Shown in pieces: positions 1-11,585 of a stretch of 64,000 nt of DNA (position 1 is its first letter; each line of letters opens with the position of its first letter). The translations under genes and the position numbers were made by a program. The DNA comes from Eledone cirrhosa (Eukaryota): positions 288,982,001-289,046,000 of the forward strand of contig OZ024742.1 of NCBI GenBank assembly GCA_964016885.1. Reading direction: 5' to 3'. The notes below the pieces were generated by a model that saw nothing but the letters and a program-made list of their open reading frames with translations, had not been told where the DNA came from and searched no databases.

Positions 1-287
1 GAGCACCAAGAGTGAGTACTCCCCTCCTCTCTTTCTCTTTTTCCTCAACCTGCAGGCTTATATAGAGAGAAGGCCCAACCACTCGGGCCATCTTTGTTAC
101 ATTCACCCACCTTTTATAAAATTTGCTGGGGTACAGCACCTCTCTCTCCATCCTGATTCTTCTTCCAAAATGATATTTGAAAAAACGAATCAGTTGTTCG
201 CCGGAGAGAAAGGTGTCTGACCTCAGCCCTTTTAACCTCGTCCACTATATAACCTCTTTCACCATAACCATAACACAGGAAAACCGC
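1..287 (-). mobile_element. 5'-truncated 3' fragment of the Tx1/L1-clade LINE family (runs off the window start)
   Basis: Reverse complement aligns by eye with 5200-5460, e.g. GCGGTTTTCCT...GTGGACGAGGTTAAAAGG...GGTGGGTGAATGT...GGTTGAGGAA. The 5' junction abuts TCTA/TCTG repeats. Confidence 0.85.
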
Positions 288-299
288 TAGACAGCTAGA

Positions 300-872
300 T
301 AGACAGGCAGGAAATAGTAGAAATACTATGTCTGTATATACATGAGTGTGAGTGTAAAAACGTGTGACTGTGTGTATATATATAAACGTGTCTGTGTGTG
401 CGCCTATGTATATGTGCGTATCTATGTAAATGTGTGTGTCTGTATAAATGTGTGTATGTGTATAAATGTGTATGTACATGCGTCTGTATAAATATACGCG
501 TGGGTGGGTGTATTTCTGTGTAAATGTGTCTGTGTGTCACAGAGTGTGTGTATTTTTTAAAATTATTATATATCTGTGTACATGTGTTCTGTATAAATGT
601 GTATGTGTGTTTCTGCATAAAGGTTGTGTGTCTGTATAAATGCATGTATATCTATAAATGTGTGTGGGTGGATGGGTGTTTCTGTGTAAATGTGTCTGTA
701 TAAACGTGTATAACTATAAATGTGTGTCGATATAAAACTGTATGTATCTGTATAAATGTGTGTGTGTTTGGGGGGGGGGGGGTCTTTAATAATCTGTGTG
801 TATGTGTGTATGTGTATGCATGTGTGTGTGTATTTATCTACATCTCTCTCTCTCCCTTTCTTTCTCTCTCTC

Positions 873-926
<54 letters not shown>
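300..926. repeat. Compound degenerate microsatellite: (TG/TA)n, poly-G, (TC)n, (TA)n, (GA)n
   Basis: Directly visible; it explains the His/Thr/Tyr/Ile-rich spurious ORFs. Confidence 0.9.
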
Positions 927-931
<5 letters not shown>

Positions 932-1222
932 TGAAATCGAAAATGCAACTGGAGTCTTATTTAAAAAAAATATATATTTATTTGGTTCCTTTACTTTACT
1001 TGTTCTTCTGCTTTTCAAAATGTGAGAAAAACTACAGACCCTCCATCTCAACTCTACTTTTGAAAAGCAGAAGAACTGCGAAACCGGTAAAGGAACCAAA
1101 TAAATATATATATTTTTTTTAAAATAAGACTCCAGTTGCATTTTCGATTTCATCTTTTTTTCTTTATACTTTCACTCGTGTAGGACACCTCGGTTATTTT
1201 TCATTTTGTAAAAAAAACTCAC

Positions 1223-1230
<8 letters not shown>
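927..1230. mobile_element. Fold-back copy of a dispersed repeat, possibly a Penelope-like pseudo-LTR
   Basis: About 927-1020 is the inverted copy of about 1058-1157. 1021-1230 matches the reverse complement of 47585-47785. Flanked by (GA)n and (TA)n. Confidence 0.6.
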
Positions 1231-1272
<42 letters not shown>

Positions 1273-1277
<5 letters not shown>

Positions 1278-2390
1278 AAAGATGTAGTGGGATCACAGGT
1301 AAGCTAACTAAGAACATAGATTTTACATGTGGCCGGTGCTCTGGTGCAATAAGTAGCAGCAAGTGCCCACAAAAATACTAGCTCTTTCAATTGCGCAGAG
1401 GGTTCCATAGAAATAGTGGACAGCTTCCGTTACCTGGGCGATAAAATCAGCAGTGGGGGAGGGTGCTCTGAAAGTACAGTAGCTAGAGTCAGAACTGGTT
1501 GGAAAAAGTTCAGAGAGCTTATACCACTATTAGCTGCTAAAGGGTTCTCACTAAAAATGAAAGGCAGGTTGTACGATGCCTGCATACGAACAGCAATGCT
1601 GCATGGCAGTGAGACCTGGGCATTGTGTGCAGAGGATATACGCAGACTAGAGAGGAACGAAGCTTGCATGCTCCGCTGGATGTGTAACAGTAATATACGT
1701 GAACGGCAAAGCATAAGCGAACTAAGGAAAAAATTAGAGATAAGAGGGATCAGATGTTGTTTACTCGAGAGAAGGCTACGTTGGTATGGACACGTGATGC
1801 GCATGAAAGTCGATAGCTGTATAACAAAGTGCAGGGCAATAAAGATAGACGGTAGTCACGGAATAGGCAGACCTAGAAAAACCTGGGACGAGCTGATAAA
1901 CTCCGACATCACACACTTACACTTCTCCAAGACAATGTCACTGGACCGAGACCTTTGGCGGTACTCAGTAACAGAGAAGACCCGCCTTACCTAAATATAT
2001 AGTAAAACCTACTCCAGCCAGTAGGCATCTCTAACAAAATACACCCCGTCCCACCACCACCACCCCCACCCCATCCACACCACCCCGTTCTATGTAAAGT
2101 TATGTTGGTGCCGCGCCATCGAGGCCGAAACAAATGAGATCGTGTAGGTGTCACGACAAAAAAACACACAGTCCACGCTGTAATGTGGCCGTGTAGGCAA
2201 CACGGTAAAAACCTCCCAGACCCACACTGTAAATGTGGTTGGTGTTAGGAAGGGCATCCAACTGTAGAAAACCTGCCAGACAGTCCTATGCGAGCAAGAC
2301 AATCACTCTTGCCTCAAATGGGACTACCCCCGTCCAAACCCATGCAAGCGTGGAACACGGACGTTAAACGTTGATGATGATGATGATGAT
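1273..2390 (+). mobile_element. 5'-truncated RTE-clade LINE (RT C-terminus, 3' UTR, (GAT)n tail)
   Basis: ORF 1416-1994 has FRYLG, MLHGSETW, RLRWYGHVMRM and GRPRKTW motifs. The 3' UTR has GGAAGGGCATCC, the tail is GAT repeats, and the 5' end lies in (TA)n. Confidence 0.93.
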
Positions 2391-2473
2391 ACACACACTC
2401 AAACACATACACATCTATCTATCTATCTGTCTGTATGTCTATCTGTCCATCTATCTACCTCTCTATCTATCTA

Positions 2474-5439
2474 CGTAGGAGCTTGTGATAATAGAGGGGG
2501 GTGTAATAGCCTAAAAAATCTCATCAGCCAATTCCAACTGGCTGATAGATATCGACTAGACTTCCCAAGTGCACCACTGTGGACGTGGAGCAACCGCACT
2601 GGGTCTTCTAGATCGTATTTAGATAGATTTTTAATTAGACAGAATGATAAGGAAACATTAAGCTGTCCACAAATGCACATGGTTGCTTATTCAGACCACA
2701 AATTAGTCACCTGCGTAGTCAACCGTGATAGAACACATAGACAGTGACCCGGATACTGGAAGCTAAACATGTCACTCCCGGCGCGTAGGTCTACAGTAAA
2801 CGGATTAGCACTTTAGTTAAGTGCCAGTTGACGGGGGCGATCGTCAACAACAGGTGGTGGAGCTCTCTCAAGAGAGCAATTAGAATAGAATCGATAGCAT
2901 TTAGCAAGGAAGTAGCTTTAGAAAAAAACAAAACTGAAAAGGAACTGGTAGCTAAAATAAAAGAGGCACTTAGGAATGGCAGTACAGCTGACGTGCTAGC
3001 GGCGGGAACGGCACTAGACCAGTTCTTCAACGTGAAACACGAAGGTTGTATTGTCAGAAGTAGAACACGTGCTCTAAGAAATGAGGGAGTCAAAGCTGTT
3101 AGCTGGGCCCGAGTGGCAGAGGCGAAAAGTGGCAACAAATCCACAATTTGGTTTTTACAAGACAAAGATAGACGCATTATACTTGAATCCAAGCAGATGT
3201 GTGCGGCGTTCCAGCAGCATTTTGCACAACTGTTCGGGCAAAGCGGTACATCGAGCGAGGTGATGGACTTCAGCTCCTACCTCGATGGCGTACCGCGAAT
3301 CTCAAGCATGGATGTGGAGAGCTGCGAAAGGCCAATCACAGCGGACGAAATAGAAGATGCCCTAGGCCGCTGCGGGAAACGCAAATCAGCTGGTTTAGAT
3401 GGTCTACCCTATGAGTTTTACATAGGCATGCCAGACTTGTTCTCTGGCGTCCTCGAAGCAGTCTACTGCAACTGGCAGCAGAACGGGAGGATTCCCAGTT
3501 CTGTAGGCAGAGGCGTAGTAACGCTGATCAGGAAAGATGAGAACAAGGGGGATGTGATAAGCAATTTCAGGCCCATAACACAGAGTTAAAGATTTTGGCC
3601 GAGGTGTTAGCAGCAAGGCTGGCGCTTGTCGTCGAGAACCTGGTAGAGGAAGCCCAAACGTGTGCAATCCCAACCAGGTCCATACACGACAACCTCCACC
3701 TCATGCGATACATCATAGAGAGGGTAGGGTTTAAACCTGGCTTTGGTGGGGCTCTGATCAATTTAGATCAGTCTAAGGCATATGATAGGGTCGACCATCA
3801 ATACTTGGAAGCAGTTCTCAAGGCGTCCGGCTTCGGTCCCGTCTTCAGAGGCTGGATCACTGCCATGCACACCAGCATCTGCTCGGCAGTCAAGGTGAAT
3901 GGCTACCTATCAGAGCCATTCCAAATCATGCGTTGCATCCATCAGGGATGCCCTCTCTCCTCCATTCTGTATGTACTGACTCTCGAGCCGTTACTGCGGA
4001 AATTGGAGCTGTTACAGGGCATCCTGATCGAACCAGGACTGCGGAAAGCAGCGTCAGCCTATGCCGATGACATAACCGTAATGGTGTCGAAAACCTCGGA
4101 AATCAGGGTAATCGGCAACCTATTACAGGAATACGAAACGTTGACAGGAGCAAGACTAAACCCAAACAAGTCTGTCGGTTTGCAACTCGGCACATGGAGA
4201 GGCAAACCCATGCTTTCCGACAGTGTCATTGGACGCTGGACGGAAGGACCGGTGAAATTGCTCGGGGTCTGGTTCAGTCCAGACCTCCAGGTGGACAAGA
4301 ACTGGAACGAGGTCACGGCGAAGGTGTTTGCACTCACCCAGAAGTGGGCTGAGTGCAAACTCTCCTTGATAGGTCGAGCGGAGGTGGCAAACACTTACAT
4401 AGCGTCTGTCATCTACTACTGCTTGACAGTCGTGCCTTGCCCCCGCGAATAGCTTACCAAAATGAAACGCCTACTCTTCAAGTTCCTCTGGAAGAAACAG
4501 GCTCCATTGGTGAGGAGATCCATCTGCTGTCAACACCCTTCTAACGGAGGGCTGGGCATGCCGTGGCTGATGATGCGCAAACATGCGCTGAGGCTACGCC
4601 ATCTCCAGGTATTCCTGACCGGTGAACTGGTGTGGCTGTCGTTTGTGAGACAAGCTCTTCCACAACTCGTCTCACTAACAGAGCTGCAGTCCTGGGTCAA
4701 GCGAAGACCGAAAATGGGTGCCTGGCACCTCGAGTGCCTATAGGCGCTCACAGCCCTCTACCAAGTGGAAACAGTAATCAGCGGAGACTCTACTTCGACA
4801 TTCTATAGGGGATTAGTGGAGGATAAGTGCGACGACGTTCTCGGGGAAACTCTAGGCATCGAGGAGGAAGAACTGACCAGTCTGTTCGGGAGGACTTTCC
4901 GTCCAGGGCCTATGGATAACTTCCAGAGGTCTCTGGCCTGGCAGTGCTACCGAGGAGCTCTACCAGTTCGAGACAAAATCTACAGGCACGGACGCCCTGG
5001 CAGAGATCCTGCCAAAAGGACCTGTCCAAGATGCGAGCAGGTCATCGAAACCATTCTGCACGCAATTGTTCAGTGCCCAGGGGTGACCGACCTGTGGAAT
5101 TATGTCAAACAGTTGCTGTCAAGTGTGGGACACATCCAGTCGTCAGCCGAGTCCATCGTGAGGATCACCCTGCCGCCTTCATTTAAGAACGAAGGAGAGG
5201 CGGTTTTCCTCTGTCTGGTGGTTATGGCGAAAGAGGTAATAAGGTGGACGAGGTTAAAAGGACTGAGGGCAAACACCTTTCTCTCCGGACAACAACTTAT
5301 CCCCTTCTTTAAGTATCACTTCAGAAGGAAGGTGAGAGTGGAGAGAGAGGTGCTACACCCCAGTAAATTCGCTGAAAGGTGGGTGAATGTGGCAAAAATG
5401 GCCCGAGTGAATGGGCCGTCTCTGTATATAAACCTGTAG
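2474..5439 (+). pseudogene. Disrupted ORF2 (endonuclease-RT-zinc knuckle) of the Tx1-like LINE
   Basis: Split over ORFs 2828-3589, 3595-4452, 4462-4743 and 4765-5439 by a frameshift near 3590 and TAG stops at 4450 and 4741, with further lesions near 2745-2790. Confidence 0.88.
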
Positions 5440-5695
5440 GTTGAGGAAGATAAACAGAGGGAAGACGGGAACACCTACAAAACGTGTTCCTCGTGTTGAG
5501 GGTTGTTCTATCCACGGAGTGTAAAACAACCCTGCAGTAACGTCCCCCCCCCCCTATTGGGGATTACAATTGTTATTTTATTATATATAGTTTATTGTTA
5601 TTTATTAATGTTAAAGTTATTTTTATGTAAAACCCCCACCGTCACGTCTTGTAATGTCCCATTTTTGTACGCCCCTGTGGCAAATAAAGAAAGAT
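2474..5695 (+). mobile_element. Tx1/L1-clade non-LTR retrotransposon, 5'-truncated
   Basis: Endonuclease end (YLDRFLI, SDHKLV), RT (GLDGLPYEFY, FRPIT, DQSKAYDRVDH, QGCPLS, YADD), GGLGMP motif, CCHC knuckle CPRC..ETILHAIVQC, and AATAAA at 5683. Confidence 0.9.
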
Positions 5696-7196
5696 ATCAT
5701 CATCATCATCATCATCATCATCAACGTTTAACGTCCGTGTTCCACGCTTGCATGGGTTTGGACGGGGGTATTCCCACTTGAGGCAAGAGTGATTGTCTTG
5801 CTCGCATAGGACTGTCTGGCAGGTTTTCTACAGTTGGATGCCCTTCCTAACACCAACCACATTTACAGTGTGGGACTGGGAGGTTTTTACCGTGTTGCCT
5901 ACACGGCCACATTACAGCGTGGACTGTGTGTTTTTTTGTCGTGACACCTACACGATCTCATTTGTTTCGGCCTGGATGGTGTGGCACCAACATAACTTTA
6001 CATAGAAGGGGGCGGTGTGGATGGGGTGGGGGTGGTGGGACGGGGGTGTATTTTGTTAGAGATGCCTACTGACTGTAGTAGGTTTTACTTTGTATTTAGG
6101 TAAGGCGGGTCTTCTCTATTACTGAGTACCTCCAAAGGTCTCGGTCCAGTGACATTGTCTTGGTGAGGTGTAAGTGTGTGAGGTCGGAGTTTATCAGCTC
6201 GTCCCAGGTTTTTCTGGGTCTGCCTATTCCGTGGCTACCGTCTATCTTTATTGCCCTGCACTTTGTTATACAGCTATCGTCCTTCATGCGCATCACGTGA
6301 CCATACCAACGTAGCCTTCTCTCTAGTAAACAACATCTGATCCCTCTTATTTCTAATTTTTTCCTTAGTTCGTTTATGCTTTGTCGTTCACGTATATTAC
6401 TATTACACATCCAGCGGAGCATGCAAGCTTCGTTTCTCTCTAGTCTGCGTATATCCTCTGCACACAATGCCCAGGTCTCACTGCCATGCAACATTGCTGT
6501 TCGTATGCAGGCATCGTACAGCCTGCCTTTCATTTTTAGGGAGAACCCTTTAGCGGCTAATAGTGGTATAAGCTCTCTGAACTTTTTCCACCCAGTTCTG
6601 ACTCTAGCTACTGTACTTTCAGAGCAACCTCCCCCACTGCTGATTTTGTCACCCAGGTAACGGAAGCTGTTCACTATTTCTATAGAACCCTCTGCGCAGT
6701 TGAAAGAGCTAGTATTTTGTGGGCACTTGCTGCTACTTATTTCCCCAGAACACCGGCCACATGTAAAATCTATGTTCTTAGTTAGCTTACCTGTGATCCC
6801 ACTACATCTTTTATGCACCCAAACTTTGCATTTGGGACACAAAATGGAATTTCTACCTACGCCTTTCCTACACTCTGCGCATGGCCACTTCCCGGAGGGG
6901 ACCGCCGCCTTATTTTCTTTCTTACAAACTAGAACTTTAGTCTTAGCCAGATTAATTTTAAGGCCTTTTGATTCTAGGCCGTGCTTCCATGTTTGGAATT
7001 TCTTCTCTAGCTCGACCATTGATTCAGCTATGAGCGTTAGATCATCTGCGTATAGGAGTTCCCATGGGCAGCCGGTCTTGAACTCCACTGTTATAGCCTG
7101 GAGGGCAATAATAAATAGTAGGGGGCTAAGAACAGAGCCCTGATGAACACCAACTTTTACACTAAACTCTTCACTATATTCGTTGTTAATTCTAAT
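5696..7196 (-). mobile_element. 5'-truncated RTE-clade LINE inserted in the 3' tail of the Tx1 element
   Basis: (CAT)n at 5696-5722 is the tail on the minus strand. The 3' UTR is nearly identical to the copy at 2000-2390. The frame is open from IRINNEYSEEFSVKVGVHQGSVLSPLLF to the stop at 6096. Confidence 0.95.
6096..7196 (-). CDS. RTE LINE reverse transcriptase fragment with an internal C4HC3 (PHD-type) zinc finger
   Basis: QGSVLSP, YADD, KTK, then CAEC-x10-CPKC-x4-H-x2-C-x14-CGRC, then FRYLG. Uninterrupted but 5'-truncated, with no native start. Confidence 0.85.
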   Translation of the reverse strand: MRINNEYSEEFSVKVGVHQGSVLSPLLFIIALQAITVEFKTGCPWELLYADDLTLIAESMVELEKKFQTWKHGLESKGLKINLAKTKVLVCKKENKAAVPSGKWPCAECRKGVGRNSILCPKCKVWVHKRCSGITGKLTKNIDFTCGRCSGEISSSKCPQNTSSFNCAEGSIEIVNSFRYLGDKISSGGGCSESTVARVRTGWKKFRELIPLLAAKGFSLKMKGRLYDACIRTAMLHGSETWALCAEDIRRLERNEACMLRWMCNSNIRERQSINELRKKLEIRGIRCCLLERRLRWYGHVMRMKDDSCITKCRAIKIDGSHGIGRPRKTWDELINSDLTHLHLTKTMSLDRDLWRYSVIEKTRLT

Positions 7197-7274
7197 CTAT
7201 CTATCTATTTATTTATCTATCTATCTATTTTTCTATTTATCTATTTGTCTATCTATCTATCTAAATATAGCTTT

Positions 7275-8250
7275 AGAGAGAGGTAACTACAGGAGTATCA
7301 AGTTAATGGACGAGGTCATGAGAGTTACTGAAAAAGTTATAGCACAACACAAGAATTAAGTTGTAGTTTTATGCCAGGTAGAGGTACTAGATGAGAATTA
7401 CTTAGCTAAGAGTAAACATCTTTACTTGATATTTGTGAATCTGGTGAAGTCCTTTGACAGGGTCTTCTGCTCTGTAATCTGGTGGGTGGTATGTTGTATA
7501 CAACTTGGCTTGTGTGTGGTGTGCAAACTATGTCCAGAGGTGTAAACCAGCAAGGTGAGAGTTGGCAATGAGTACAGAGATGAATTTGAAGTACATGTGG
7601 GAGTCCTCCAGGAGTCCAGGAAGAAGAATAAGAAGCTGATGCCATAATGGAAGTGGTCTTGTTTGATATGTCAGAAAGTGGTTGGCAAAAATTCCATAAG
7701 GTATACATAGTCTAATCTATGGCAAGAGTTGTAGTGGGATTACTATCTGGCTAACAGGAAGATAGACTGTATGTGGCAGATGCACAGAAGTAAGAGCACA
7801 TGTGAAATAGATACCCTCAGTTTCCAGGGAGGCTCCCTAGAGGATGTTAATAGCTTTTGTTACTTAAGTCACCTAATCAGCAATGGGTTCCTAAACAGCA
7901 ATGGGGGAAAATATTCTGAAAGTGTTGTAACCAGAGTAAGAATGGACTGGAAGAAGTTTATGGAGCTGGTACTTCTGCTGACAACAAAAGGCTTCTCTCA
8001 CACATTGAAGAATAGACAGTATAATAACTGCATGCAAACTGCAATGCTACATGGCAGTGAGACACGGGCTTTGACTACAGAAGACCTGTGAAGGCTAAAA
8101 AGAAATGAAGCAAGCAAGCTCTGGTTGATGTGTAATGTTAGTGTACATGAGGGATATAGCATAAGCAAGTTGAGAGAAAAGCTCTGTATTAGAGAGGTCA
8201 AATGCAGTGAGGACTGTGTATGGACATGTAAGGTGCATGGAAATCTCAGT
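7275..8250 (+). mobile_element. Old degenerate RTE LINE remnant of a related family
   Basis: Remnants ERGNYRSIKL, SFCYL, WKKFMEL and MLHGSET, with many stops and indels. Confidence 0.8.
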
Positions 8251-8259
8251 CTTGACTTC

Positions 8260-8298
8260 ACATACACACACGCACACATGCACACACACGCACACATG

Positions 8299-8379
<81 letters not shown>

Positions 8380-8568
8380 TATGGTTTACACACATACTAT
8401 ATTGCTTACACAAACGTTTTCCATATACACTAATGTTTTTCCATATTTTCTTTAATCATTATCAAAAATATGTACTGAATTACAATAATTTTGATCTACC
8501 TACCTGTTAGATATATACATATCATCATCATCATCACCATCATTTTGATGATGATGATGATGATGATA

Positions 8569-8656
<88 letters not shown>

Positions 8657-8800
8657 TAGACTGATAGATAGACAGAGCTAGCTAACTTGACAGACAGACA
8701 GTCAGTCAGATAGGTAGACAGGTAGGTAGGTAGGTAAGTGTTGTTATTTATTATTGTCTGAAGATAGATAAATAGATACATAGGTAGGTAGATATGGATA
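8260..8800. repeat. Microsatellite cluster: (CA)n, (CAT)n/(GAT)n, (TC)n, (TA)n, (GATA/GACA/GGTA)n
   Basis: Directly visible. Confidence 0.9.
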
Positions 8801-8962
8801 GATGCTGCATAACTACTGGCCATATTGTCCACATGGTGTGAATGAGAGAGTGAGAGGTAGCGAGGAAGTTATCAAATTACCATTTCCCAAACAAAATAAC
8901 ACGAAGTGATTGTCATATGACACTTGGGTTTTATTATAATGGATTATATATATATATATATA

Positions 8963-9350
8963 TCATCATCATCACCATCATCATCGTTTAACTTCTATCT
9001 TCCACGCTAGCATGGGTTTGGATGGGAGTTTTCCCACTTGAGGCAAGATTGGTTGTCTTGCTCATATAGGACTGTCTGGCAGGTTCTCTATGGCTGGATG
9101 CCCTTCCTAACACCAACCAAGTTTACAGTGTGGACTGGGAGGTTTTTCCCGTGTTACCTACACGGCCACATTACAGCGTTGACTGTTTTTTTTTTGTCGT
9201 GACACCTACATGACCTCATTTATTTAGGACTGGATGTTGTGGTACCAACATAACTTTACAGAGAAAGGAGTGGTGTAGATGGGGGTGGGGGTAGGGGTAG
9301 TGGGATGGGGGTGTATATTTTTGGTTAAGAGGAGCCTACTGACTGTAGGA
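8963..9350 (-). mobile_element. RTE LINE 3' UTR-only copy
   Basis: Matches 5700-6080; (CAT)n tail adjacent to (TA)n. Confidence 0.88.
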
Positions 9351-9749
9351 AGGGGGGGGGGGTTGAAAAAGTTAATAGGTTATTTAAGATCTGAGAGGTG
9401 AACGTAAAGGTATCATTCGGAAGAGATGAACAATATGAAAGACATATAACTATGCGCAGATGACGTACAGACAAACAGACAGATGAACAAGTAATTTAGG
9501 CAAATATGGTATGGTATGGTCCTTTAACTCCTGATGGAGTCGTAAGGCCACCATATTTGGATACATGTTTCTTGGGCATTTTAAGCCTGGCAGAGCCTAT
9601 CCCTCTCCAGGCCTGAGTACAGCGCAGATTTCTTCCAGAGAAAGATAGAAAGTGAGAGAGAGGAAATGAGAAAGAGATATAGAGAAAGAATCGACCCCAG
9701 TAGTAGATTGGTACTTATTTATTGACCTCGAACAGATGAAAGGCATGAT

Positions 9750-9970
9750 ATACTATACCAAACAAACAGTATACAATACCAAAATAATGGTACACTATAT
9801 TAAACTGGTGGTATACTATACCAAACCAATGGTATACTATACCAAAGCAATGGTATACCATACCAAACCAATGTATACTATACCAAACTAGTGGTATACA
9901 CTAACAAACTAATGGTATACTATACCAAACCATTGGTATACTATATCGTACTAATGGTATACAGTACCAA
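9750..9970. repeat. About 21-bp minisatellite, unit TGGTATACTATACCAAACCAA
   Basis: About 10 degenerate copies visible. Confidence 0.85.
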
Positions 9971-10394
9971 TTCACCGTAAGAATGTGAATTATGAGCTGA
10001 AAAACTATCTATTAAAAACTGATAAACCACTGATTAACAGATGATAAAAACATATTGAACAGATGACAATTAATATTTTTAATATGTATCAAACAGACCA
10101 CTTCCTAAATCAATCACAACTGACATTATGCATATACATTTTATAGAAATCTGTGCGAAAAGGAAGAAAAAATATTACAAAATAACAATAACAAAGATAT
10201 AATCCTGTTATAAGAGCTGTATGTTGAAGGAAGCAATAATTTCTCTGATTTAGCAGCAATGTTTTGTTAAAGAAGCAACTTTAATTGTTAAAGAGCTGCC
10301 AAAATTTGAAAATATATCTATTGATATGTCATACATGAAAGCTGTTTATATATTCACTGTTGCAAGTACATCCTGAAAATATACTTCTGTGGTG

Positions 10395-10780
10395 TCCACC
10401 CACAGCTTTTCCTCCATCTCCACCCTCCCACCCACCTATACATTTTCCCACCGTCTACAAAACCCACCTACACTTTTTCCTTTCATCTCCACCCACTTAC
10501 CTACACTTTTTTCCTTCATCTCCACCCACCTACCCACCTACACCTTTTTCATTCATCACCACACACCCATATACCCACCTACACATTTTCCCTCCATCTC
10601 CACCCACCCACACTTTTGTTCCATAAACTCACCTACACTTTTTTCCTTCATCACCATCCACCCACCTACCTACACCTTTTCCATCATTTCCACCCACTCA
10701 TTCACCTACACTATTTCCTTCAACTCCAACCACCCACACGTTTTCATCTATCTCCATCCATCCAGCCAGCCAGCCACCCA
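10395..10780. repeat. C-rich degenerate minisatellite (CCACCCACCTACACTTTTT...TCATCT)
   Basis: Repeated CCACCCACCTACAC motifs. Confidence 0.8.
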
Positions 10781-11039
10781 CTGACATTTTTTAATTCATC
10801 TCCCTGTAAAGATTCTTGTCCATTCACCCATGCCTAGAAAACGAATGGGAAAATAAAAGAGATAGTAAACTCTGGGGAAATCATATGTCCTGTGAAGATT
10901 CCACCAACTGCTGATAAGGTCTGACTCTGCCTGAATGGATATCATTAGATAAACCTACAGCTCTTACAGAAAGTCAGTTAGCCTATTTACAGGCATAAAG
11001 ACATAATGATATATTATATAGAATACTACACTGTGCAGT

Positions 11040-11585
11040 GAAGGCATGTGGCTTATTGGTTTGGGTGCTGGGTCTACAATTGTAAGGTTGTGAGTTTGAT
11101 TCTAAGATCAGGAAATTGTATCCTTGAGCAAAACACTTTACTTCATGTTACTCCAGTTCACTCAGAAAAACAGTTGTGGCAGCACTTGCCTTTTGACTTG
11201 GACCACATTGTGAAGAGGGGAGGAGAGACTGGCATATATGGGTGACTGCTGATCCTCCACCCTGCCAGGGCTTGTCATGGTACATAATTTGTGATCAAGC
11301 TAGTCATGACAAAAGAAGGCTCTCTTCAAACTCTACAGTAATGGAGCATGGCGAATTTGTTAAGAAAGTTGCTTGACAGTTGTTAGGTCTTGTGTTCAAT
11401 CCTACTGTGTGGCATATTGTGCAAGTGATGGATTGACCTAAAGGGTGAGCTTTGTCACAGTGTCACATTGAATCTTCTTCAGAATTAACTTAATGGTACA
11501 TGTGTCCAGCCAATTTCATGTTGATTCATGAGCAGGCTGTTCCATTGATCAGATAGTAATTGTCAAAAATGACAGAAGTCCAGTT
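11040..11585 (+). mobile_element. Degenerate tRNA-derived SINE copies (second SINE family)
   Basis: tRNA-like heads (GAGTTTGATTC, GTGTTCAATCC) followed by CCTTGAGCAA / GCAAGTG cores. Body segments are shared with 38570-38850 and 46760-47390. Confidence 0.6.

Noticed and set aside
114-1153. His/Thr/Tyr/Ile-rich ORFs
   Set aside because: They are translations of TG/TA/GA microsatellites and a fold-back repeat.
1273-6812. Composite transposon with long TIRs around Tx1
   Set aside because: The arms are independent LINE copies with their own tails and different truncation points, and no shared TSD is visible.
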